Below, piece after piece: positions 20,588 through 29,095 of a DNA stretch of 64,000 nucleotides; within the stretch, counting starts at the first letter, position 1; each line of letters starts with the position of its first letter. The notes below the pieces were generated by a model. That model did no database searches. It was not told where the DNA came from and saw only the letters and a list, made by a program, of their open reading frames with translations. The stretch is from Aureliella sp. (lineage in GTDB: Bacteria; Planctomycetota; Planctomycetia; Pirellulales; Pirellulaceae): contig OY829846.1 in assembly GCA_963691875.1 (NCBI GenBank), forward strand, positions 3,936,001-4,000,000, in the 5' to 3' direction. Made by a program: the position numbers and the translations under genes.

Positions 20588-21004
20588 TCAATCTACCGCT
20601 CCGCCCACATCTTCGTCCCAAGGGACGATTCCCGACATCCACATAGGCGTAACAATGCCTAAGTTCTTGCATTGTCCCGTCCAATGACTTTTGGAGGGTT
20701 GTTACCTTTCCGCAATCCTCACAAGTCACCGATAGATCATCTCCTCTATCTAGGACTCGTGTCGCTCGAGTTTCTTCGTTTCGGATTCAGCTATCAACTC
20801 CCGTGCACGAGTCACACCAGCCTTTTCGATCCAGATATATGGCTTGTGGAATTGGCTGATCGTCGCGAACATCCAAAGACTGACGCCAGGCTGATCCTAG
20901 ATTGCACGAGAAGGGATTCCTTTCTAATGCAGCAAGTCCACAATCAAATGCGGTTCGACATTCGAAGCTGCCGTATATGCATTTGCTGAGTCTTCGAGAT
21001 CCAA
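20588..21004 (-). pseudogene. Decayed DUF2007-like protein with C-terminal Zn-ribbon
   Basis: Manual translation: LDLEDSANAYTAASNVEPHLIVDLLH*KGIPSRAI*DQPGVSLWMFATISQFHKPYIWIEKAGVTRARELIAESE, frameshift to VTCEDCGKVTTLQKSLDGTMQELRHCYAYVDVG, second frameshift to PWDEDVGGAVD*. TAG stops at 20924-20926 and 20897-20899. Confidence 0.72.
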
Positions 21005-21416
21005 TGAACTACTCCACGACATACGATTTCATCGAGAGAAAAGAAGGGGCGACTCTAGCTCAAAATGTACGAATAGTTGCAAGCATATGCTCTCGGGCAA
21101 ACGGCTGAGCGGCTCGCACGTTGTTCTCCACACTAGTACGTGCGAGAACACAGATGTAATACTTTGCCACGGGAGAATACTCGCGCTGAATCGAGGCATG
21201 CCGCTCTTCTAAGTCTGGAATCACACCATCTTTGGCATCAGGTTGTCGGCCTTGTTCACCCACATCATTGCCGAGAGTAAAGAGACGACCAATCCATACA
21301 GCGGGATGCCATTCCGTCAGACCTGCAACCTGCCGAATCCTACTACGATCCAAGCGCTGCATAAGAAACAAGTCCTGCGTCAGGCGTATTCCTGGCAAAG
21401 TAGCTCCATTTTTCCG

Positions 21417-21445
21417 TTGACTTACCGTTGAAAACACAGTACTTT
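21417..21445 (+). promoter_or_regulatory. Putative sigma70-type promoter TTGACT-N17-TACTTT
   Basis: -35 at 21417-21422, 17-nt spacer, -10 at 21440-21445; the -10 overlaps the operator palindrome. Confidence 0.55.
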
Positions 21446-21466
21446 GCATTACAAAGTACGTGTTTT
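21431..21466. promoter_or_regulatory. Operator palindrome copy 1 (ACTTTG-CATTA-CAAAGT)
   Basis: Core at 21441-21457, extended as AAAACAC-a-GTACTTTG-catta-CAAAGTAC-GTGTTTT; ends 20 nt before the ATG at 21487. Confidence 0.8.
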
Positions 21467-21486
21467 GCAGCAGAAATTAGGGCCCA

Positions 21487-22101
21487 ATGATGGAGCTTCG
21501 CGAAGCAATTCGCCAAATCTCTGATATACGTCAGCAAATGGCGTCGAACGAAGTTTTTCGCGGCTACAGATCTTTGACCGTTGGCTTCTCTGGACTGCTG
21601 GGCATCGTGGGGGCTTGTGCACAGCCTTACTTGGTTTCAGCGCCGGTAGAAAATCTGCTCGAATTTATTGTTTTATGGGTTGGCGTCGCTGCCTTAAGTC
21701 TGGCAGTTGCCGGAATTGAGATGTACTGGCGGGCATACCAAGCCGGGCCGGGTATGGCACGTGACCTAACCATTCTTGCTGCAAAGCAGTTCCTCCCGTG
21801 TGTAGTCGTCGGCGCGTTCATGACGCTTTGCATTGTTCAGAATGCCCCCCAAGTCGGTTGGATGCTACCAGGTCTTTGGGCATTGATCTACGCTCAAGGT
21901 GTATTCGCCTCCTATCGTTTACTTCCAAATGAGGCCGTCTGGGTCGGTGTCTTCTTTACCGCTTGCGGCTGTCACTGCCTACTTCAAGGAAAAGGCGACT
22001 TTGCCCTCTCTCCGTGGCTGATGGGTGGCAGTTTTGGTGTTGGCCAGTTGCTGGCAGCCGGAATCCTCTATTGGACGTTGGAGCGGCCCGATGTCTCGTA
22101 A
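21487..22101 (+). CDS. Multi-pass membrane protein co-transcribed with a winged-helix regulator
   Basis: 204 aa, about 6 hydrophobic helices; amphipathic N-terminus ELREAIRQISDIRQQM; overlaps the next gene. Confidence 0.85.
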   Translation: MMELREAIRQISDIRQQMASNEVFRGYRSLTVGFSGLLGIVGACAQPYLVSAPVENLLEFIVLWVGVAALSLAVAGIEMYWRAYQAGPGMARDLTILAAKQFLPCVVVGAFMTLCIVQNAPQVGWMLPGLWALIYAQGVFASYRLLPNEAVWVGVFFTACGCHCLLQGKGDFALSPWLMGGSFGVGQLLAAGILYWTLERPDVS

Positions 22102-22513
22102 GGACCCCAGGAATAAGCCGGAGAAGACCATGGCTGCCGAGAGCGAATCAGGAGCCAAGTTTGCCTACCATGGCCTCGACCGCGTCATGCACGAAAAAGC
22201 AAGGCTCGGAATCCTAGCTTCACTCGCTGCTCACGAACGAGGACTGCTTTTCAACGACTTGAAGCAGCTCTGCGCTCTCACCGATGGCAACTTGAGTCGA
22301 CATCTCGGAGTGCTGAGCGACGCTTGTTTGGTAGAAGTCTGGAAAGGGTTGACAGGTAGCCGGCAACAAACGATGTACCGGCTGACCAAACTAGGCCGTG
22401 AGCGATTTGCGGAATACATCAGTGTGCTGGAGCGAGTGATCGAAGACGCACAGCTCAAGCAACATCAGGCCGAAGATCGAGACGAGCTAACAGGCGGTTG
22501 GGCGACAGCCTGA
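22091..22513 (+). CDS. Winged-helix transcriptional regulator (HTH_34, ArsR/MarR-like)
   Basis: GLDRVMHEKARLGILASL..FNDLKQLCALTDGNLSRHL..YRLTKLGRERFAEYISVLE. ATG at 22091 (or 22130) preferred over 22025. Confidence 0.9.
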   Translation: MSRKDPRNKPEKTMAAESESGAKFAYHGLDRVMHEKARLGILASLAAHERGLLFNDLKQLCALTDGNLSRHLGVLSDACLVEVWKGLTGSRQQTMYRLTKLGRERFAEYISVLERVIEDAQLKQHQAEDRDELTGGWATA

Positions 22514-22520
22514 AAATTTT

Positions 22521-22548
22521 TTGACAGTTCACTTTGTATTACAAAGTT
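22521..22548 (+). promoter_or_regulatory. TTGACA -35 box followed by operator palindrome copy 2 (ACTTTG-TATTA-CAAAGT)
   Basis: TTGACA at 22521-22526; palindrome at 22531-22547 matches copy 1 at 16 of 17 positions and ends 38 nt upstream of the ispH ATG. Confidence 0.8.
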
Positions 22549-22585
22549 ACAAGTCAGCACACCTACCACTAGATAAGAACCAATC

Positions 22586-23446
22586 ATGCAAGTTATACGT
22601 GCGTCGGATATGGGCATGTGCTTCGGAGTACGCGACGCTCTTGCAGCTACCAGAAGCGTCGACAGTCCAAGCGACGTCACGATACACGGAGAGCTGGTAC
22701 ACAATCCAATCGTTAGCAACGAGCTTTCCAAAGCAGGCTTTCATCAAACCGCAGAAGAAAGTCGTCACCTTCCGATCCTCTCTCCTATTGTGCTGATTAC
22801 TGCACACGGAATTAGCAACAAGGAACGCCAGAGACTTGAGAAGTCCGGAAAACGTTGCCTGGATACAACTTGCCCGCTGGTCCGTAAGGTGCATGATGCC
22901 GCATCAGAGTTGGCAGCGGAAGGACGCCTCGTCCTGTTGATCGGCAAAGCTGGACACGTCGAAGTGCAAGGAATCGTCGAAGACCTTGATTGCTGTGTAG
23001 TCATCTCCTCATTGGACGAAGTACAAAGCTATCCCCAGCACTCAATCGGTATCATCAGCCAATCAACTATGCCCGAAGCCTTAGTGCGTGAGGTATCGGC
23101 CTCTATTCGGCGGTTGAACCCGAAAAGCGATATACGACAAATAGACACAGTCTGCTTGCCAACTAAGCAGCGACAATCAGCCTTGCAGGACCTACTATCG
23201 CGAGTCCAAGCGGTCGTCGTTGTTGGTGGCAGCAACTCCAACAACACGAGACGGCTGGTACAACTCTGCGAAACAAACGGTACACCAGCCTTTCAAGTCG
23301 AGCGGGCGAGCCAGCTAAATCCCGACTGGTTTCGCGAGGTTGATACCGTCGGCCTGACCGCTGGAACCTCCACCTTGGACGAGACAATCGACGAAGTGGA
23401 ACGGAGCATACTAGAAATCGACGCACGCCGATTCGCTTCGCCTTGA
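22586..23446 (+). CDS. ispH: 4-hydroxy-3-methylbut-2-enyl diphosphate reductase (LytB/IspH)
   Basis: 286 aa. GMCFGV, VHN, AHG, DTTCPLV, GHVEV, SQST, DTVC, SNSNNT, GLTAGTST. All three Fe-S cysteines and the catalytic His/Glu positions are present. Confidence 0.95.
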   Translation: MQVIRASDMGMCFGVRDALAATRSVDSPSDVTIHGELVHNPIVSNELSKAGFHQTAEESRHLPILSPIVLITAHGISNKERQRLEKSGKRCLDTTCPLVRKVHDAASELAAEGRLVLLIGKAGHVEVQGIVEDLDCCVVISSLDEVQSYPQHSIGIISQSTMPEALVREVSASIRRLNPKSDIRQIDTVCLPTKQRQSALQDLLSRVQAVVVVGGSNSNNTRRLVQLCETNGTPAFQVERASQLNPDWFREVDTVGLTAGTSTLDETIDEVERSILEIDARRFASP

Positions 23447-23475
23447 GCTCCTTGTTTCAACTGGATTCTTACTCC

Positions 23476-23914
23476 ATGCCTCCAGATTCCAATGCAGCCG
23501 TTCACAACACACACTCCACATCAAACTGGTCTCTGGTGGTTATTCAGTAACTTGGGCTGCTTCTTACAAGTCTCCTCGCGAGCTTCTTTGCCTTCGATGT
23601 CGCGTGAAGCAGTCGGGAAAGAACCAATCTGTCAGCTACGGCTGATCGAACCACATATCGCTACTTGGGACTTTATTGCTTGTCTGCTAGCTGGATTTGC
23701 CGTTTGGCTTGCAATGAAACCCTGGCACAAGCCACAAGATAGTGGATTGGTTTCTCCACTATCTCAAGCGATTTGCTCCGCCAAGCTCTGGATCTTGACC
23801 CTCTTCGCAGGCCTTTGTCCGTTACTATCCGGTTCGATTTTTTGATTTCCTCCATTTTTTGATATCCTCCTGTTGGCCGTGACCATTGAGACGCAAGCGC
23901 AGGAATATCTTTGA
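23476..23914 (+). pseudogene. Possible decayed multi-pass membrane protein gene
   Basis: Hydrophobic segments spread over two frames and broken by stops: WSLVVIQ*LGLLLTSLLASFFAFDVA* and WDFIACLLAGFAVWLAM..LWILTLFAGLCPLLSGSIF*FPPFFDILLLAV. Family not recognised. Confidence 0.3.
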
Positions 23915-24005
23915 TGCGGTGGCTTGAGCAAATCCCTCACTTGCAACTGAGCTGAAGTATTTAACAGGAATTCTGGCAAATCCCTCTAGGAGAAAAGTGG
24001 TGAAG

Positions 24006-26858
24006 TCAATCCGTGGGGATACGGTCCTGCATTTGGTGACAGAAATCGAGCTCGCGCTTGGCTTTTTGGCATAGGGCATCACTGACAGTGCTGTCAGCAA
24101 TCTGAGCTTCAAGATCAGCTTCTAGATGCACCAGAACAAGCATGGCATCTAGATTGCGTTGCAGGTCTTGAAGCATACGGGCGAGAGCGAAACTGGGACC
24201 TGCCATCAAACTACGTGAAATAGACTTCAACCCAGGAAAGTTCTCCGCTACGTAGCGATGAGAATCGACGGCGTAACGAGAATAGTATTCTGCCGAGCTA
24301 AAGTCGCGTTGCCGCTGGTAAAGCATTCCCATGTTTGCGTAGATGTGCGCGAGGTTGATGCGATACAGAGCCACTTGATCGTGTTCCTGGACGAGTAATT
24401 CCGAGATCTCACGCGCCTCATCCAGCTGATCGATAGCTGCCTGGTTTCCCCGTCCGATACGTCTCACATCGACATCGCGCAAGGTCTGGCTTAGCTCAAA
24501 GCGATATCGAGCAACTTGCGGTGATTCAGCAATAAGCTCCCGCAGCAAGCGAATTGCTTCTTCCTTCTTGCCATCCGATTCTTCTGAACCAACCAACTCA
24601 GGTCCGGCAAGCTGCTGTAGACAGAGAGCTTTAAGGTAACGTAGCTTCGATGATTCGGGCTGTTCTTCGATCAAATCCACCAGAAGCTTGAGTGCTGCAT
24701 TGGCGTGTTTTTCGGATTGTTCGCGAAACGCTTGTTGCTCTTTCTCTTCTCGCTCTCGATCACCGGGCCTACGACCATCGCGAGACTCCAGACTTCCTGG
24801 CGGACCGTACGGCGGAAGACCATCCGAGGAAAACCGCTCGCGCCACCAAGCCTCGAAATCAAAGCCCATCCCGAAACGACGCGGACCGCGCCGGCCGCCA
24901 GGCACGTGCGCATGCTCCATCGGCAGGCTAGGCCGCGACTTAGCAAGCAGCAGATGCACTTGAGTTTGCAACAGCCTCGAGGCTTGGGAATCCTGTTTTT
25001 CCAAGTCTCCCAAGGTGGTGGTCAAAATCGTTTTAGCGCGATCTATCTGATTGGTCGCCAAGTAGACTCGGCCAAGCTGCATGTGAATCTGCTCGATGGC
25101 CAGCGGCTCGACAACGGTTGGGTTACTGACGCCCAGGAATCGCTCCTCCGCCTCAGCGTAAGCTTCAATCGCCTCCGAATAAGCTCCCAAGGACTGATGA
25201 ATATCCGCGACACGACGAAAGGCCCGGGCCGTTTCAGCTTGCAATCTTGGACTAGCAGTTCCTTCCTCCGCCGCCGCCAGCTGGTCGTAGAACTGCAACA
25301 TCCGTTCCAGGAACCGCCCCGACTCAGTTGTTAAACGCAAGGGAACACCCGAGCTGCCAGTACTGACAAAATCCGCCTCGAGTCCATCTTCTTGTTGCAT
25401 GAACGAGCTGATGATCTCATCCAAGCCATCCAACGCGATATGCAAGCGCTGTTCCGCTCGAGCTCGCTGCTGAGCTTCCTGCTGGTATGCGAAGCTCAGA
25501 CCGACTGGTAAAGCCAGAGAAAGACATCCCACCAGAACCAGTAGCGAAGCCACTGCTTTGTTGCGCCGACACCACCTGAGAGTATGCTCGACGACTGTCG
25601 TTCGCTTGGCAAGAATCGGACGATCTTCAAGAAAGCGTTCCAGGTCTGCCTGCATCTGCGCAGCACTAGCGTAACGATCCACGGCCTCAGGATTCAATGC
25701 CTTGAGAACGATGGTCTCCAAGTCACGTGGAATTTCTGGAACGATACTTCGTGGTCGTGTTTGCTGTCCTTGCGACTTCTGTTCCAGGAGCTGGCGGTAG
25801 CTGGTGCCTTGATGAGCTGATCGCTGGGTAAGCAATTCGTACAGAGTAAGGCCCATCGCATAGATGTCACTGGACGGACTCTCTTGACCCTCCAGTTGCT
25901 CAGGAGCCATGTAGCGCAGCGTGCCAAGGATGTCTCCGCTCCGCGTGAAGTCATCATCCTGCTGCAATTTCGCCAAGCCAAAATCAGTCACCCAAACCGT
26001 CCCACTTCGATCCATCAGCAAGTTGCTGGGTTTGATATCGCGGTGCAGAATGCCGTTCTTATGCGCATATTGCAGCGCATCGCAGACTTGGACTCCGATC
26101 TTCGCGATACTGTTCCAATAGTGCTGATTGCGACCAAGGCCCGCCAGCGTCGCGGCATTTTCCAGTTGGATTCCCGAGTTTCCGGAATTCAAGGGAGAAC
26201 GCATCGCGTTACGTGAACCAGTGGAAATCTGCGCAGTTTCGTCCGACGCATCACCGGCAGTATCCATATCGAAGGCGATGAGACGTTGAGCCTGGTCAAC
26301 AAAACTGGCTGACATATCCAGGTTGCCATCGTGTTCACCTAAGGCAGTCAGAATCCGCCGCAGGTCCACGCCATCAATAAATTGCATGGCGTAGTAAAGG
26401 TGCTCACCTTCTTGTCCAACACCAAACACCGGAACAATGTTGGTATGGTGCAGTCGTGAAGCCAATTTGGCTTCGCGACGGAAGCGTTCGACCCGGCTGT
26501 CTGAATTCTGCGAGTCCCCGCTAAGCACCTTGAGTGCAACCCGACGATCGAGCACTCGGTCGGCAGCGAGAAAGACCGTTCCCATCCCGCCGCGACCAAT
26601 CTCGCGAACGATTTCGAAATCGCCGAGTGATTCTTCCTGAAACCGACGAACCGAACTCGCTGCTCTGAGTTTCTTCTTCTGAGTTTCTTGGCTGCTGAAC
26701 TTCTCCATCTTGTGAAGCGTGTACAGCAAGTCCCGAATCTCGCTCTCGAGCTGCGGGCACTTGCGAACGTAATATTCGATGCTCGGCGGAGATTTGCCCT
26801 CTCGCATGACTTTGAGAAAATCTTCGGCAATGGATTCCAGCAAATCCTCTTTACTCAC
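24006..26858 (-). CDS. Membrane Ser/Thr protein kinase with TPR-like C-terminus (ECF-associated)
   Basis: 950 aa. IGRGGMGTVF, VALK, HRDIKPSN, DFGLAK, GTLRYMAPE; TM helix after RWCRRN; helical repeats; 8-nt overlap with the ECF gene. Confidence 0.93.
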   Translation of the reverse strand: MSKEDLLESIAEDFLKVMREGKSPPSIEYYVRKCPQLESEIRDLLYTLHKMEKFSSQETQKKKLRAASSVRRFQEESLGDFEIVREIGRGGMGTVFLAADRVLDRRVALKVLSGDSQNSDSRVERFRREAKLASRLHHTNIVPVFGVGQEGEHLYYAMQFIDGVDLRRILTALGEHDGNLDMSASFVDQAQRLIAFDMDTAGDASDETAQISTGSRNAMRSPLNSGNSGIQLENAATLAGLGRNQHYWNSIAKIGVQVCDALQYAHKNGILHRDIKPSNLLMDRSGTVWVTDFGLAKLQQDDDFTRSGDILGTLRYMAPEQLEGQESPSSDIYAMGLTLYELLTQRSAHQGTSYRQLLEQKSQGQQTRPRSIVPEIPRDLETIVLKALNPEAVDRYASAAQMQADLERFLEDRPILAKRTTVVEHTLRWCRRNKAVASLLVLVGCLSLALPVGLSFAYQQEAQQRARAEQRLHIALDGLDEIISSFMQQEDGLEADFVSTGSSGVPLRLTTESGRFLERMLQFYDQLAAAEEGTASPRLQAETARAFRRVADIHQSLGAYSEAIEAYAEAEERFLGVSNPTVVEPLAIEQIHMQLGRVYLATNQIDRAKTILTTTLGDLEKQDSQASRLLQTQVHLLLAKSRPSLPMEHAHVPGGRRGPRRFGMGFDFEAWWRERFSSDGLPPYGPPGSLESRDGRRPGDREREEKEQQAFREQSEKHANAALKLLVDLIEEQPESSKLRYLKALCLQQLAGPELVGSEESDGKKEEAIRLLRELIAESPQVARYRFELSQTLRDVDVRRIGRGNQAAIDQLDEAREISELLVQEHDQVALYRINLAHIYANMGMLYQRQRDFSSAEYYSRYAVDSHRYVAENFPGLKSISRSLMAGPSFALARMLQDLQRNLDAMLVLVHLEADLEAQIADSTVSDALCQKAKRELDFCHQMQDRIPTD

Positions 26859-27501
26859 TCGGCATCATCTCCCCAAGTCGCTTCAGAGCGCGGATGTAAC
26901 GCTTTGTCGCAGCCGACTTATCGATGCCGAGCACACTTGCCACTTCGCCGTTGCTGAGCTGTTCGAGATGCCGCAGTACGAGTACTTCGCGATCAATATC
27001 GCTCATTTGCTCTAAGGTGTTGCGGAGCGCCTCGGCTTGCTCTTCGCGAATGGCAACATTGCTTGGTGAAGTCCCGCTTGCCATCAGTAAGTCCCGCATG
27101 GCGTGGGCCGAGGACTGAAAGGGAAGTTGATTCTCTAGCGAGACCTCGCGGTTCACGTTTCGAACCTGCAACTTTAGGTGCTTGCGGTGCAAATCGATCA
27201 AGACTTGGCCAGTCAGTGATCGCATCCAAACGTAGAACGGCACGGCGGGATTGTTGATGTAGTCTTCGTGACGCCTAATCACAACCATTTGCGCTTCTTG
27301 CATCACGTCCTCCAGGTCAAGGCGACCTTGCAGGCGAACATCCATGCGATGCATGACGAACCTTTGCAAGCGTTCGCGTTGTTCCTCGAAGATATGAGCA
27401 GCCGCCTCTGCGCCGCCGGACTGCAACCTATTCAGCTCCTCGCTGTCATCACTCTGGTTGTTGATTTCGTTTATTGGGGCAGAACCCATCGCTGTCTCCA
27501 A
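26851..27501 (-). CDS. ECF RNA polymerase sigma factor (planctomycete kinase-associated type)
   Basis: 216 aa. RLQGRLDLEDVMQE, WMRSL, RNVNRE, TSPS, DREVLVLRHLEQLSNGEVASVLGI..RYIRALKRL. Confidence 0.92.
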   Translation of the reverse strand: METAMGSAPINEINNQSDDSEELNRLQSGGAEAAAHIFEEQRERLQRFVMHRMDVRLQGRLDLEDVMQEAQMVVIRRHEDYINNPAVPFYVWMRSLTGQVLIDLHRKHLKLQVRNVNREVSLENQLPFQSSAHAMRDLLMASGTSPSNVAIREEQAEALRNTLEQMSDIDREVLVLRHLEQLSNGEVASVLGIDKSAATKRYIRALKRLGEMMPSE

Positions 27502-28141
27502 TCGCTTGCCGGAACATCCAGTTTATCTTGCCGTTGGACGTGACATATAGCGACGAAGCGCGTTTCGTGGGAACGGACTGAAGAAATTGTCGCGCACAGA
27601 AAGTTATCTGGAAAAGCCCGAAACGGCCCTCCCCCGGGTGGTGGCGAGTCAGGCGGGGGAAAGCCGAGCGGAACGATACGTATTTCTGAAGACTTCAGAG
27701 GCTAGATCTGGATGGATATAGATCCCGTCAGCTTGCTAGAGCTCATTCCGAATATCGGCAGCATTGGGGACTGGGTGAGCGAAGAATGCAGTGAGGCAGA
27801 GGGACCAGGGCAAGATAACGCCTGCAGTCGTTAAACAATGAAGTCGAAAGACGCCCGGAGATGCCAAAAGGCTTGACGACTTCCGCCGCGAAATCACTAC
27901 GTTTTCAACATGAATTGCTAGCAAAGCGGGCTGTGAGCTAGCTCACTCTCCCACTACGGCGGCTAGCGAGCTTGCGGCGAAACTTCGAAATCAGTAAATG
28001 CAATGACGGGGAGTCGTCCGCTCGAAGGCGATTAGCAGCCTAGCGTCAAGGCAATACCCCCAAGCAATCCAATCGGGCCACCTGAACAGCTTCCTGAGAA
28101 GTCAACACCCAGACCCACTTCATCAGGCCACGATATTTCGA

Positions 28142-29095
28142 TTGAAACGATCAACCCGCGCGATCACTGTGAACACTGCAACGCTTCAGTACGAAGATGT
28201 CATCTTGAAGGTGAGCGATGCTCGACTCGCTTATGGGCGGACGCGTGCGCTCAACGGCATCAATCTAGAGATGTTCGCTGGCGAGATCCTTGGTCTCCTA
28301 GGCCCCAACGGGGCGGGCAAAACCAGCTTGATTCGCTGCTTGTCTGGCCGTCAAAAATTTGACTCCGGCACAACCCAGTGCTCAATTGCTGGCGACTACC
28401 ACGAACACATCGGCATCGTACCGCAGGAAATCGCTCTTTACCAAGACCTGACAGTCAATCAAAACTTGGCTGTCTTCGGACGGCTGCACGACATCACTGG
28501 CAGGCAATTGCGCGAGCTTCGCAGGCAAACACTCCACTGGGCCGGACTAGAAGACAAAGCTCGAGTGCTTGTCCGCAAGCTTTCCGGCGGCATGCAGCGT
28601 CGCCTCAACATCGCATGCAGTATTCTCCATGAACCACGCATCTTGTTCTTAGACGAACCAACGGTAGGTGTCGATCCGCAGAGTCGTGAACGCATCTACC
28701 ACATGCTTGAGACCCTCCTGGATATCGGAACAGCAATTCTTCTGACGACCCACCATCTCGAAGAAGCTGAAGATCGTTGCGATCGGATTGCAATCATCGA
28801 CCAGGGCAAGATCCTCGACACCGGAACACTTGAAGAATTGATGGAACGCTCCATCGGTACCGAGCAACAGTTGCGTATTCAATTCTCTCAGCCAGTTCTA
28901 AGTGTGCCTCGACCACTGTTCCTGACAGAGGATCGGCATGAAGCCGTGTGCGGCATTGAGAATGCAAGCCGCGATCTTCCTGTCGTCTTACAAAAAGTCC
29001 AAGCGGCGCGACTTCCGATGGAGAATATGAGCCTCCACAGCCCAACGCTCCAGCACATGTTCCTACACCTCACGGGTAAGGAGCTGCGAGAATGA
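28142..29095 (+). CDS. ABC-2 type transporter ATP-binding protein
   Basis: GPNGAGKT, LSGGMQRR, LFLDEPTVGVDPQSR, TTHH. The true start may be slightly downstream (GTG near 28169). Confidence 0.93.
   Translation: MKRSTRAITVNTATLQYEDVILKVSDARLAYGRTRALNGINLEMFAGEILGLLGPNGAGKTSLIRCLSGRQKFDSGTTQCSIAGDYHEHIGIVPQEIALYQDLTVNQNLAVFGRLHDITGRQLRELRRQTLHWAGLEDKARVLVRKLSGGMQRRLNIACSILHEPRILFLDEPTVGVDPQSRERIYHMLETLLDIGTAILLTTHHLEEAEDRCDRIAIIDQGKILDTGTLEELMERSIGTEQQLRIQFSQPVLSVPRPLFLTEDRHEAVCGIENASRDLPVVLQKVQAARLPMENMSLHSPTLQHMFLHLTGKELRE

Noticed and set aside
20395..20590. Plus-strand fragment FNIDSVVAGSAT*RAIGNE, faintly like a UxaA dehydratase C-terminus
   Set aside because: Similarity is too short and the spacing does not fit; it cannot be supported without a search.
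23940..24000. EFW tripeptide suggesting an MBOAT remnant after ispH
   Set aside because: Only three residues, flanked by stops, without the following RWN motif.
27615..27680. Possible SRP (4.5S) RNA because of TCAGG and a GC-rich stem
   Set aside because: Lacks the conserved CAGG-stem-GNRA-stem-AGCAG domain IV arrangement.
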